Below the pieces are notes generated by a model. The model was given only the letters and a program-made list of their open reading frames with translations, ran no database searches and was not told where the DNA came from. Below are positions 55,830 through 64,000 of a DNA stretch of 64,000 nt, piece after piece. The DNA is from Candidatus Gastranaerophilales bacterium. GTDB lineage: Bacteria > Cyanobacteriota > Vampirovibrionia > Gastranaerophilales > Gastranaerophilaceae. How positions within the stretch are numbered: position 1 is the first letter of the stretch; each line of letters starts with the position of its first letter. The stretch is from NCBI GenBank assembly GCA_944325065.1, contig CALUYS010000001.1:35439-99438 (forward strand), given 5' to 3'. The translations under genes and the position numbers were made by a program.

Positions 55830-57729
55830 TTTCTATCATATATAAAAATTTATCAACGAGTTGAGAATTCCATTTTTTATCAGATTCTTTCTTTAAAATC
55901 CTTAAGGCATCTTCTTTTGAATATGCTTGTCGATAAGGGCGATTATTAATTAAAGCAAAATATGCATCGACAATTAGAATAATTTGTGACGTTATAGGTA
56001 TGGCTTGTCCTGATTTTTTATATGGATAACCTGAACCATCCCAATTTTCATGGTGATTTTCAATTATAGGCATAATTTCAGATATTTTATTCCCCAAAGG
56101 TTGAAGAAGTTGTTTTGTTGCAATTAACGGATGTTTTTGTATTTTTAATTTTTCTTCATATGTTAAAAGTTGAGGTTTGTTGAAAATTTCTTCAGGTACC
56201 ATTATATTGCCTATATCATAAAGTAATAAAGCTATTTTTAAATCATCTATATCTTCTTTTTGAAGTTCAAGAAATTTTGCAAAATTTAAAGCTGTTTGAA
56301 CTTTTTTTTGTGTTTCACCATTTAAATGGTTGTAGTTATAAGTTTGAATCAATGAATCAACAACTCCATATAGTGTTTCATTTGTGTTTTTACCTTCAAT
56401 TAATGTTTTATTTAATTTATCTGTTAAATTTTGAGTTAAAGCTGAAGAAAGAGGAATTTTATTTGACGATAAAATGTCCAAAAATGCCTTTAAGGCAACT
56501 TCTTGCCAATTTGATTGCATTTTATTTTTGGACACACAAACTTGATTACGACCATTTAGTTTTGCTTTATACATAGCCTGATCAGCAAGTTCAAGCAATT
56601 CATCAGGATTATCAGTATGTTCCAAAAATGTAACAACTCCTATACTTGCTGTAATTTGTCCTATTGTGTTAATTTTTTTACTAGCTATTGCAACACGAAT
56701 ACGCTCTGCAGCTAATTTTGCACCAACCGAGTCAATGCCTGGAAGTAAAATGTTAAATTCTTCTCCTCCAAAACGAGATGGTATATCAACAGAACGAGCA
56801 TTTTGTTTTAATACCTTCGATATTGTTTGTATCGCTAAATCACCGTACTGATGACCATATTTATCATTAATTTTTTTTAAATAGTCTAAATCTATTGAAA
56901 TTATAGAAAAAGGCTGATTTTGTCTTTTTGAACGATCAATTTCTCGATAAAGTGATTCTTCAAAATATCTTCTATTGTATAATTCTGTTAATGGATCTGT
57001 AACTGCTTGTTTTTTTACTTTTTCAAATAACCCTGCAATAACAATTGCTTGCTCAATTTGATGTGCAAAAAGCTTTAAAAAACTAATTTCATTTTCTTTT
57101 ATATTATCTCGAGAAGAATAAACTAAAAGAACTCCTTTTTGTTCTTGGTTTGGTAATATCGGTACTATTATTATAGTTTCAACGTTTGATGTTTTAAAAA
57201 AAGATTCTAAAACATTTAAAGGTATTGTTGGAAGAATTTGAGAGAAAAAATCAACACAATTTGTAGTATGAATAACTTCATTATTTGATAATGCTTTATC
57301 CAAATATCCGTTTTTTGTGTTTTTAAATTTATTAAATCCAATATTTATAGCAAAAGCACAAGATAATTTTTGTGCAAAATCACTTTTGGAAATAGCACGT
57401 GAAACAAAATATTTATTATTTTCGTATTTACCACACTCAATTTTTAATATAGAAGAATGAATGTATCCAAATTCACCTTTTAATCCATCAACAATACTTG
57501 TTAATACACTTGATAAAGGTTTATCGGAATTCATCATTTCCCATACATTTTGCAAAGTTACAAATGTTTTATTAGCTTTTTCTAGTTCATTTGTTCTTTC
57601 AAGTATTTCTTTTTCAAGCTGTATATTTTTTTCATAAACTTCTAAATATGTAGCTTTTGTGTCTAATACACTAGCTTCAAATTTATTTACACTATTTACT
57701 AGGTTAATTATTTTATCAATAAACTTCAT
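55816..57729 (-). CDS. GAF-like sensor - GGDEF diguanylate cyclase - HD-GYP phosphodiesterase composite protein
   Basis: DPLTELYNRRYF, RFGGEEFNILLPG (GGEEF active site), ASIGV, then HHENWDGSGYP (HD-GYP). Confidence 0.85.
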   Translation of the reverse strand: MKFIDKIINLVNSVNKFEASVLDTKATYLEVYEKNIQLEKEILERTNELEKANKTFVTLQNVWEMMNSDKPLSSVLTSIVDGLKGEFGYIHSSILKIECGKYENNKYFVSRAISKSDFAQKLSCAFAINIGFNKFKNTKNGYLDKALSNNEVIHTTNCVDFFSQILPTIPLNVLESFFKTSNVETIIIVPILPNQEQKGVLLVYSSRDNIKENEISFLKLFAHQIEQAIVIAGLFEKVKKQAVTDPLTELYNRRYFEESLYREIDRSKRQNQPFSIISIDLDYLKKINDKYGHQYGDLAIQTISKVLKQNARSVDIPSRFGGEEFNILLPGIDSVGAKLAAERIRVAIASKKINTIGQITASIGVVTFLEHTDNPDELLELADQAMYKAKLNGRNQVCVSKNKMQSNWQEVALKAFLDILSSNKIPLSSALTQNLTDKLNKTLIEGKNTNETLYGVVDSLIQTYNYNHLNGETQKKVQTALNFAKFLELQKEDIDDLKIALLLYDIGNIMVPEEIFNKPQLLTYEEKLKIQKHPLIATKQLLQPLGNKISEIMPIIENHHENWDGSGYPYKKSGQAIPITSQIILIVDAYFALINNRPYRQAYSKEDALRILKKESDKKWNSQLVDKFLYMIENEQQ

Positions 57730-57854
57730 CCTAATTATTATACAACTTTTTTATGAAATATGAAAGTGCTTTTTAATTCTTATAGTGGAGTTTTATAATT
57801 TTTATTTAATTTATTATATTATAGTAAATTTATTAATAAGCAGGTGATTTATTT

Positions 57855-58094
57855 ATGAAATTTAATAATGCAAGTTTAGAATTTCAAATTTTAAAATGTA
57901 AACATGAACTTGATGCACTTTTACCAAATATTTCAAAAAACGAAATTACCGCTCAATTATACAACTCAATTTTAATAAAAAAAGCTATATTGGTTAAAAA
58001 ATTAAAAAATAAAAAACTAAATTTTTTTTCAAAAATTTTAAAAAAGATTAATTTAAAAAAAGAAAAATTAATATGTGATTATTTTATATCATAA
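57855..58094 (+). CDS. Small hypothetical protein
   Basis: 79 aa, with AGGTGA upstream of the ATG. Its convergent 16 nt overlap with the bioD end lowers confidence. Confidence 0.35.
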   Translation: MKFNNASLEFQILKCKHELDALLPNISKNEITAQLYNSILIKKAILVKKLKNKKLNFFSKILKKINLKKEKLICDYFIS

Positions 58095-58780
58095 AGAAAA
58101 TCTAAATTTATATTTTTCTTAAATATTTTTTTTATATTTGAAATATTAGTTTTGATATCAATTTCAGGTATCGTACCAAGAATTTTTGAATTACAATGTT
58201 TTTCTAGTTCTTTTTTTAAATGTATTATTGATAAATCATTAGTTTTTAGGGGATATTTATTTATAATTATACCAATTATGTTTATACCAATTTTCTTAGC
58301 ATATTCAACGGTTAAAATTGTATGGTTTATTGTCCCTAAATTACTTCGAGTAACAATAATTGTTGGAATATTAAGTATTTTAATAAAATCTGATATTAAA
58401 TATTTATCATCAATTGGAACACATAACCCACCTGACCCTTCAATAAATGTTATATCATTGTGTTTTGAAAAATTTTCAATATCTTTTTTGGCAAAATCTA
58501 AATCAATTTTTTTATTGTCAATCTTTGACGCTACAGAAGGTGCAGCTGGAGCTTTTAAAAGATAAGTTGTTTTTGTATTTATCCCATTTGAGTATTTTTT
58601 TATAAAATTTATGTCAACTTCGTTTAAATCTGTTGAATTTTCAACTTCTGCTCCACTTTGAAATGGTTTAATGACCCCTGTTTTCAAGCCTTCATTTTGA
58701 GTCAAAAGACTTAAACCCAAAGTTACAAAAGTTTTTCCAATATCTGTGTCCGTTCCTGTTATAAAAATCTTATTAATCAT
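58079..58780 (-). CDS. bioD: Dethiobiotin synthase
   Basis: IFITGTDTDIGKT (P-loop), IEGSGGLCVP. ATG 58780 overlaps the bioA stop by 8 nt. Confidence 0.85.
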   Translation of the reverse strand: MINKIFITGTDTDIGKTFVTLGLSLLTQNEGLKTGVIKPFQSGAEVENSTDLNEVDINFIKKYSNGINTKTTYLLKAPAAPSVASKIDNKKIDLDFAKKDIENFSKHNDITFIEGSGGLCVPIDDKYLISDFIKILNIPTIIVTRSNLGTINHTILTVEYAKKIGINIIGIIINKYPLKTNDLSIIHLKKELEKHCNSKILGTIPEIDIKTNISNIKKIFKKNINLDFLYDIK

Positions 58781-60137
58781 TTGGCAACACCTCATTTAGT
58801 GCTTTATAGGCAATATCAACAAGTTTTTTTATTTCTTTTTCTTTTATTATGTAAGGAGTAAAAAAATAGATACAATTTCCTATAGGACGCAATATGGCAC
58901 CGAGTTTTAAAGCTTGATTATATATTTGTTTTTGAATTCTTTCTTCGTATTTAAATGGTTCTTTTGTTTCTTTATTTTTCACTATTTCAATTGCACAAAT
59001 CATGCCAATTTGACGTACATCTCCAACATTTTTATGAATTTTAAATTTTTGAAGTTCTTTTTCAAAACATTTAATTTTAGGTTTTAAATAATTTTCAATA
59101 TCCATTTCTTTCAAAATTTTTAAATTTTCCAATGCTACACTTATTGCAAGTGGATTGGCAGTGTAACTATGACCATGGTAAAAAGTTTTAAATCCATCAA
59201 TATCGTCATCATAAAAAGTATTATAAATTTCATCTGTAGTTATTGTGACAGAAAGTGGTAAATATCCAGCTGTAATACCTTTTGCTGCACAAATTATATC
59301 AGGTACAATGTTAGCATGTTCATAAGCAAAAAGTTTTCCTGTGCGATAAAAGCCCATAGCAACTTCATCGTCAATGAGTAAAACGTTATATTGGTTACAC
59401 AATTCTCTAAGTTTTGTAAGATATTCAGGTTTATACATCACCATTCCACCTGCAGCTTGTACAAGTGGTTCCACTATTATGCCTGCAATTTCTCCTGATT
59501 TTTCCTTAAAAATATTTTCAAGTTGATTTAGACATTTTAAATTACAAGTTTCTTTTTGACATCGCATTGGACAACGATAACAATTAGGACTCATAATTTG
59601 TATCATGTCAAATAAAAGAGGTTTGTATATTTTGTGGTATAAATCAACCCCACCAACCGAAACTGCACCAATTGTATCACCATGGTATGAGTTTTTTAAA
59701 GCTACAAATTTGGATTTTTGAGGTTTTCTTTTCAACACCCAATATTGATATGCCATTTTTAAAGCTACTTCAACAGCAGTTGATCCGTTATCTGAATAAA
59801 ACACATGTTTTAAATCATTATTAATCATTTTAACAAGCTTTTTTGCCAGTTTTATGGCACCAATATGAGTAAAACCTGCAAAAAGAACATGTTCAATCTC
59901 TTTTGATTGTTCATATAAAGCCTTGTTTAAACGTCTATTTGAATGTCCAAGGGTATTCACCCACCATGATGAAATAGCATCTATATATTTATTTCCATCA
60001 ATGTCTTCAAGATAAATTCCTGTCCCTTTTTTTATAATAATTGGTTTATTATTTTCATTTTCAAGATGTTTCATTTGGGTAAAAGGATGCCATATGTATT
60101 TTAAATCATCTTCTAAAAGTTCATTTTTTTTATTCAT
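58773..60137 (-). CDS. bioA: Adenosylmethionine-8-amino-7-oxononanoate aminotransferase
   Basis: WHPFTQM, SSWWVNTLGH, DNGSTAVEVALKMA, LIDDEVAMGFYRTG, AAKGITAGYLPLS (PLP lysine). Confidence 0.9.
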   Translation of the reverse strand: MNKKNELLEDDLKYIWHPFTQMKHLENENNKPIIIKKGTGIYLEDIDGNKYIDAISSWWVNTLGHSNRRLNKALYEQSKEIEHVLFAGFTHIGAIKLAKKLVKMINNDLKHVFYSDNGSTAVEVALKMAYQYWVLKRKPQKSKFVALKNSYHGDTIGAVSVGGVDLYHKIYKPLLFDMIQIMSPNCYRCPMRCQKETCNLKCLNQLENIFKEKSGEIAGIIVEPLVQAAGGMVMYKPEYLTKLRELCNQYNVLLIDDEVAMGFYRTGKLFAYEHANIVPDIICAAKGITAGYLPLSVTITTDEIYNTFYDDDIDGFKTFYHGHSYTANPLAISVALENLKILKEMDIENYLKPKIKCFEKELQKFKIHKNVGDVRQIGMICAIEIVKNKETKEPFKYEERIQKQIYNQALKLGAILRPIGNCIYFFTPYIIKEKEIKKLVDIAYKALNEVLPND

Positions 60138-60180
60138 TTTATTCTCTTTCTTATTTTTTATTAAGTTATATTATATAAGT

Positions 60181-61110
60181 ATGAAAATAACACATGACTT
60201 ATTAATTAAATTATACAACTTAAAACTTGAACAGTTACTAAAAGAAGCTTCAAATTATACAAACAATGAAGTGGAGTTTTGTTCGCTCATTTCAGCAAGA
60301 ACAGGAAAATGTTCGCAAAATTGTAAATATTGTGCACAAAGTTCTTATTATAACACAAAATGCTACACTCATCCGTTGGTATCAAAAAATGAAATTAAAA
60401 ATGCAGCTTTGCATTCAAAAAATAATATGGCAATAAGGTTTGCCATTGTAACATCTGGTAAAACACCTGATGAAAGTGACTTTGATACAATGCTTGAACT
60501 TATCCAAACAATAAATGATATTGAAGGCATGAAAAGTTGTGCAAGTATTGGTATTTTAAATGAACAACAGACAAAGAAACTTAAAGAAGCAGGTTTAACT
60601 AGGTTTCATCATAACATAAATACTTGTAAATCTTATTACAAGGATATTTGCACAACTCATACTTATCAAGATCGAATTAATACAGTAAATCTTGTTAAAA
60701 AATATGATATGGAACTTTGTTGCGGTGTGATAATCGGCATGGGAGAAAGTGTTGAACAGCGTATTGAAATGGCATTAGAATTAGCAATGATAAATCCAAA
60801 TAGCATTCCTGTCAACTTTTTAACACCTATAAAAGGAACACCTTTTGAAAATTATTGGGATAAAATTGATGAAGAAAATATACTCCGAACACTTGCTATA
60901 TTTAAAATAGCAAATCCAAATTCTCAAATACGCTATGCTGGAGGTCGACAAATAAGATTAAGCAAAGCAAATATGGAACTTGCTTTAAAATATTGCGTCG
61001 ATGGAATACTAATAGGAAATTATCTCACAACTATAGGAATTGACCCAAAAGATGATATTGAATCTGTTAAAAAAGTTGGTAAAAAAATTCTTAAGAATAA
61101 TATTCAATAA
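60181..61110 (+). CDS. bioB: Biotin synthase
   Basis: GKCSQNCKYCAQS (radical SAM cluster), FHHNINT, YQDRINT, CCGVIIGMGES. ATG 60181 is preferred; the upstream part of the called ORF is low-complexity and overlaps bioA. Confidence 0.9.
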   Translation: MKITHDLLIKLYNLKLEQLLKEASNYTNNEVEFCSLISARTGKCSQNCKYCAQSSYYNTKCYTHPLVSKNEIKNAALHSKNNMAIRFAIVTSGKTPDESDFDTMLELIQTINDIEGMKSCASIGILNEQQTKKLKEAGLTRFHHNINTCKSYYKDICTTHTYQDRINTVNLVKKYDMELCCGVIIGMGESVEQRIEMALELAMINPNSIPVNFLTPIKGTPFENYWDKIDEENILRTLAIFKIANPNSQIRYAGGRQIRLSKANMELALKYCVDGILIGNYLTTIGIDPKDDIESVKKVGKKILKNNIQ

Positions 61111-63268
61111 CCCTAAATTCTTTTTTTTCGCTATTAAATAATTTGGGGTAATAATCAAATAAAGCTATTTGATCTGTATTTGAACTATTTGGTTCTTGAA
61201 CTCGTAATCCATATTTTTGTATTCCAATAATTGATTGTGCATGACGTGAAATCAATCCACCTTCTGGCTGTATATTATCAAAATTATAATTCATTCCATT
61301 GAGTGCAATTTCTGGATATTCTTTTTGGGTTAATCTATTCACAAATTTAGTTTTTGTTTTATATCCAAAAGCTCTTGCTACTTCACCTTGGTATCCTGCT
61401 TCAATAGTATTAAATCCATTGATTCTTAAATTTAATAATTTACGAAAAGTCTGATTAAAAACAACATCATCTCCAATTCTAATAGATGAAACATAATCTT
61501 TATAATAATTTTCTTTTTCTGTTTTATTGTTAAATTTTGGTAATTCACTATCATTTTTTTCTAAAAATGGTGTTAAATATAGAATAATATCGAAAAATTT
61601 ATATGGATCTATACCTTCTTTAAATTGATTATAATCTTTATCTGAAATAAAATTTTTATCATGTAGTTGTTCCAAATATTGAGTTCCCAGTTCTTCAATC
61701 TTTTTAGAAGTATATTCTAAAACAGTAGCTATTTCTTTGTTCTTAGATAATTTTTTTATTCGCTCATCCAAAGATAACGTTGTATCAAAAAGATCTTTCT
61801 TAATAGTTAATTTATATTTTTTTACTAATTTCTTTATATCATTAGGAATTAAATCACTTTTTTCAGTTGCTTCTAATCTATCTATTATACGATTTACACA
61901 ATAAACTTCTTCTAACATTAGAAAACCAGTTGAACCAATTAATGAACCATAATTATATTTTATTAAAGAATCGTTGTTTGGAAATAAATAATTAGAAAGT
62001 TCTTGTAATATACCGCCTTTTGAATTTAAAAAAGACTTAATTCCATTTTCTTTTGTAATATCATTTGGATTAATTTTATATGATAAATAATATTTTAAAT
62101 TAGGATATTTTACTTTAATATATTTTCCATCTTTTGTTTTAACTTCTTTAAAGCATTTGTAAAGTTTTATTCTACCTTTATCATTAAGTAACATTTGATT
62201 AAAAACATTTACAAGATAGCAATCCCCAACGTTTTGTACTGGAAAATCAGTTGAAAATAAAATACGTAAATTTTCAGGCGAAATAAATACTTTATCAATT
62301 TGCTTGTTATCTTTTATAACAGATGTATTGTATTTACTATTTTCATTTATTTTTTGATATTTTTCTTTTGAAGAGTTTGGGGCTATATATATTTTAGGAC
62401 AACAATTCATTTCAATGCGGAATTTATTTTGCTCTAATTGATTTATTTCATCCTCTGCAGATTCATAAGCAACACGTAAAGCTCCTTCTTTATTCTGATA
62501 ATACATATCATCTATTAAATTTTTATTTTTATATTTAAGCTTTATATAATTTGGATTTCCCTTATTTAAATTAGCTAAAGCTATTTTTTTATCAATTTTA
62601 TTTAATTTATATTTTTTGTTAAATTTAACTCTTTCACTAAATTCTTTTAAATTTAAGTTATCTATTATTAAAGATAATTCATTAAGACTATTATTTATTT
62701 CTGGTTTTCTTTTAGTTAAATATTTGTTGTTTTGTAATTCTTTTAATAACTTTTTAATATTTAAAATTTCATCTCCAATCAATTGTTCAGATATTGAAGG
62801 CATATAACTACTTTTACTAAAATTAGAATTTATATTGAGAAGTTTATTTATTGATTGGTATAATTCAGATAAACAATAATAGTAAATAATTTTAGATTTT
62901 ATATTAAAATTAATATAGAATAAAAATTTATTATATTTACTTTCGTTAACACTTTTTAACTCTGCTTCAAAAATATTTTTAACTCTATCAAAGCAAGTTT
63001 CAAATTTAGTTTTAAATTTTAAATATTTTTTATTTATATAATCAATATTCTTGCGAAATTGAATTCTGTTTTTATCCTTGTGTTTTGTTAAATGCCATAA
63101 ACCATCTTTATCTTGATAAATTTCATTATTAGAAAGCGAAACCATTTCTTTATCATAAGAAGAATGAAAAAAAGAATTAAATTCCATTTTATTGTAAGCT
63201 TTAATTGTTTTCTTAGTAAAATCAAAATTAATCATTTTTGATGGATAATTTAAAGCATTATAAAACAT
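61091..63268 (-). CDS. Large hypothetical protein with a tentative calpain/papain-like cysteine peptidase signature in the C-terminal half
   Basis: 725 aa. FPVQNVGDCYLVNVFNQM (Gln..Gly-Asp-Cys), then near the C-terminus SRHAQSIIGI..GLRVQEPN (His..Asn spacing resembling GHAYS..LRNPW). No signal peptide is obvious. Confidence 0.6.
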   Translation of the reverse strand: MFYNALNYPSKMINFDFTKKTIKAYNKMEFNSFFHSSYDKEMVSLSNNEIYQDKDGLWHLTKHKDKNRIQFRKNIDYINKKYLKFKTKFETCFDRVKNIFEAELKSVNESKYNKFLFYINFNIKSKIIYYYCLSELYQSINKLLNINSNFSKSSYMPSISEQLIGDEILNIKKLLKELQNNKYLTKRKPEINNSLNELSLIIDNLNLKEFSERVKFNKKYKLNKIDKKIALANLNKGNPNYIKLKYKNKNLIDDMYYQNKEGALRVAYESAEDEINQLEQNKFRIEMNCCPKIYIAPNSSKEKYQKINENSKYNTSVIKDNKQIDKVFISPENLRILFSTDFPVQNVGDCYLVNVFNQMLLNDKGRIKLYKCFKEVKTKDGKYIKVKYPNLKYYLSYKINPNDITKENGIKSFLNSKGGILQELSNYLFPNNDSLIKYNYGSLIGSTGFLMLEEVYCVNRIIDRLEATEKSDLIPNDIKKLVKKYKLTIKKDLFDTTLSLDERIKKLSKNKEIATVLEYTSKKIEELGTQYLEQLHDKNFISDKDYNQFKEGIDPYKFFDIILYLTPFLEKNDSELPKFNNKTEKENYYKDYVSSIRIGDDVVFNQTFRKLLNLRINGFNTIEAGYQGEVARAFGYKTKTKFVNRLTQKEYPEIALNGMNYNFDNIQPEGGLISRHAQSIIGIQKYGLRVQEPNSSNTDQIALFDYYPKLFNSEKKEFRVIEYYS

Positions 63269-63382
63269 GAAAAATAACCTAAAATTATAATATTAAATAT
63301 TATAAAATAAAAATAATAAAAAACTGCTAAATTTTTAGCAATTTTTTATTATTATTTACAAATTTTAACATTAAAAGAAAAT

Positions 63383-63679
63383 CTACCTAACTTCAACAGG
63401 TTTTAAAGTTTTATTTTTGTAGTCAATCAAGCATTTTGCAAGTTGGTCAGGGCAACTTGTTGGTTTACTTCCACAAGTAATTCCTTGAAGTTGCTCAATA
63501 ATAATATCAATGTCTTTTCCTATAATCAAATTACGTATACCAAGGAGATTACCGGCACATCCACCCATAAATTCTACGTCTTTAATTTTATTATCACATA
63601 TATGAATATACATAACTTTACAACATACGCCTTTTGTTTCGTATTTAATAATTTCAACTTTATTTGTCTCAATACTCAT
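63383..63679 (-). CDS. TSCPD domain protein (TIGR03905-like)
   Basis: 98 aa with GVCCKV, GGCAGN, GITCGSKPTSCPDQLAKCL. Confidence 0.7.
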   Translation of the reverse strand: MSIETNKVEIIKYETKGVCCKVMYIHICDNKIKDVEFMGGCAGNLLGIRNLIIGKDIDIIIEQLQGITCGSKPTSCPDQLAKCLIDYKNKTLKPVEVR

Positions 63680-63756
63680 AATAATATCTCCTCATCCAAA
63701 ATAAAAATATACTAGTAACAAATTAACATCTATTCAAAATAAAGTCAAATTGAAAG

Positions 63757-63784
63757 TTGTATAAAAATTTTTTTTTTGTATAAT
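63757..63784 (+). promoter_or_regulatory. Candidate promoter for nadA
   Basis: TTGTAT (63757-63762), a 16 nt spacer that includes a T10 run, then TATAAT (63779-63784), 30 nt upstream of the ATG. Confidence 0.45.
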
Positions 63785-63813
63785 TTAACTTATATTGATG
63801 TGAGAAAAAAAAA

Positions 63814-64000
63814 ATGGATTTTAATAAAGAATTAGTTCAAAAAATTATAAATCTAAAAAAAGAAAAAAATGCCATTATTTTAGCCCATTGCTATCAAAAT
63901 ATTGAAATTGACGAAGTTGCAGATTATGTAGGCGATTCTTTATATTTAAGTCAAATGGCTGCAAAAACTGATGCTAAAATTATTGTTTTTGCAGGTGTTT
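63814..64000 (+). CDS. nadA: Quinolinate synthase NadA (5' part; runs off the window)
   Basis: [47 protein letters not shown] matches the NadA N-terminus pattern (ILAHYYQ..E.Q..AD..GDSL.L). Confidence 0.8.
   Translation, partial: MDFNKELVQKIINLKKEKNAIILAHCYQNIEIDEVADYVGDSLYLSQMAAKTDAKIIVFAGV

Noticed and set aside
60094-60180. N-terminal extension of the bioB ORF (MYFKSSSKSSFFLFILFSFLFFIKLYYIS).
   Set aside because: It is a low-complexity translation of the bioA-bioB divergent promoter region and overlaps the bioA start. Conserved BioB sequence begins at the ATG at 60181.

Overview
This is a very AT-rich bacterial chromosomal segment with Asn/Lys/Ile-rich proteins, the standard genetic code and dense operons. 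All function calls rest on motifs I recognise in the supplied translations and on my own reading of the DNA; nothing was searched against a database.

Layout:
- 0-4.9 kb: split (archaeal-type) glutamate synthase subunits, YggT, MTA phosphorylase, a prepilin-like protein and tRNA-Leu(CAA).
- 4.9-25.6 kb: a ~20 kb glycan biosynthesis and modification island. It holds GT2, GT8, GT10 and DUF616-type transferases, four methyltransferases, three radical SAM enzymes and a TupA-type ATP-grasp. It also makes nucleotide sugars (GalE, Ugd, Uxs, a UDP-GlcA 4-epimerase-like SDR and one more SDR).
- 25.6-38.5 kb: accessory and envelope genes. These are a frameshifted transglutaminase-like membrane protein, an SLH protein, a decayed IS3-family element, a paralogous secreted pair, MnmD plus an FAD oxidoreductase, alr, and a second frameshifted membrane protein.
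- 38.5-64 kb: mostly housekeeping genes (U32 peptidase, TPR, ruvA, glgA, DedA, ilvC, a decayed IS30-like relic, O-methyltransferase, beta-propeller, dnaJ, grpE, XRE, secF, secD, yajQ, dnaA, GAF-GGDEF-HD-GYP, bioD, bioA, bioB, a 725 aa protein with a calpain/papain-like signature, a TSCPD protein, and partial nadA).

Most unusual observations:
1. A ~27-31 aa Lys-rich peptide module (FSIKNEY-NNKKHK-VITLFGIKIKFK) sits at the N-terminus, the C-terminus or internally on nine glycan enzymes of unrelated folds. It is absent from every nucleotide-sugar enzyme in the locus.
2. A perfect 25 bp inverted repeat brackets a 103 bp spacer in the divergent promoter region inside the island. This is either an invertible switch or a shared operator.
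3. A C11 homopolymer lies in the 3' end of a B12-radical SAM gene, in an otherwise very GC-poor sequence.
4. Two genes are each split exactly at an A-run (A10 and A7, both A_AAA_AAA slippery contexts).

The lineage cannot be determined from the sequence. SLH domains, YggT, GlgA, a type IV pilin-like protein and the extreme AT bias are compatible with an AT-rich diderm such as a Melainabacteria-like gut organism, but that is a guess.
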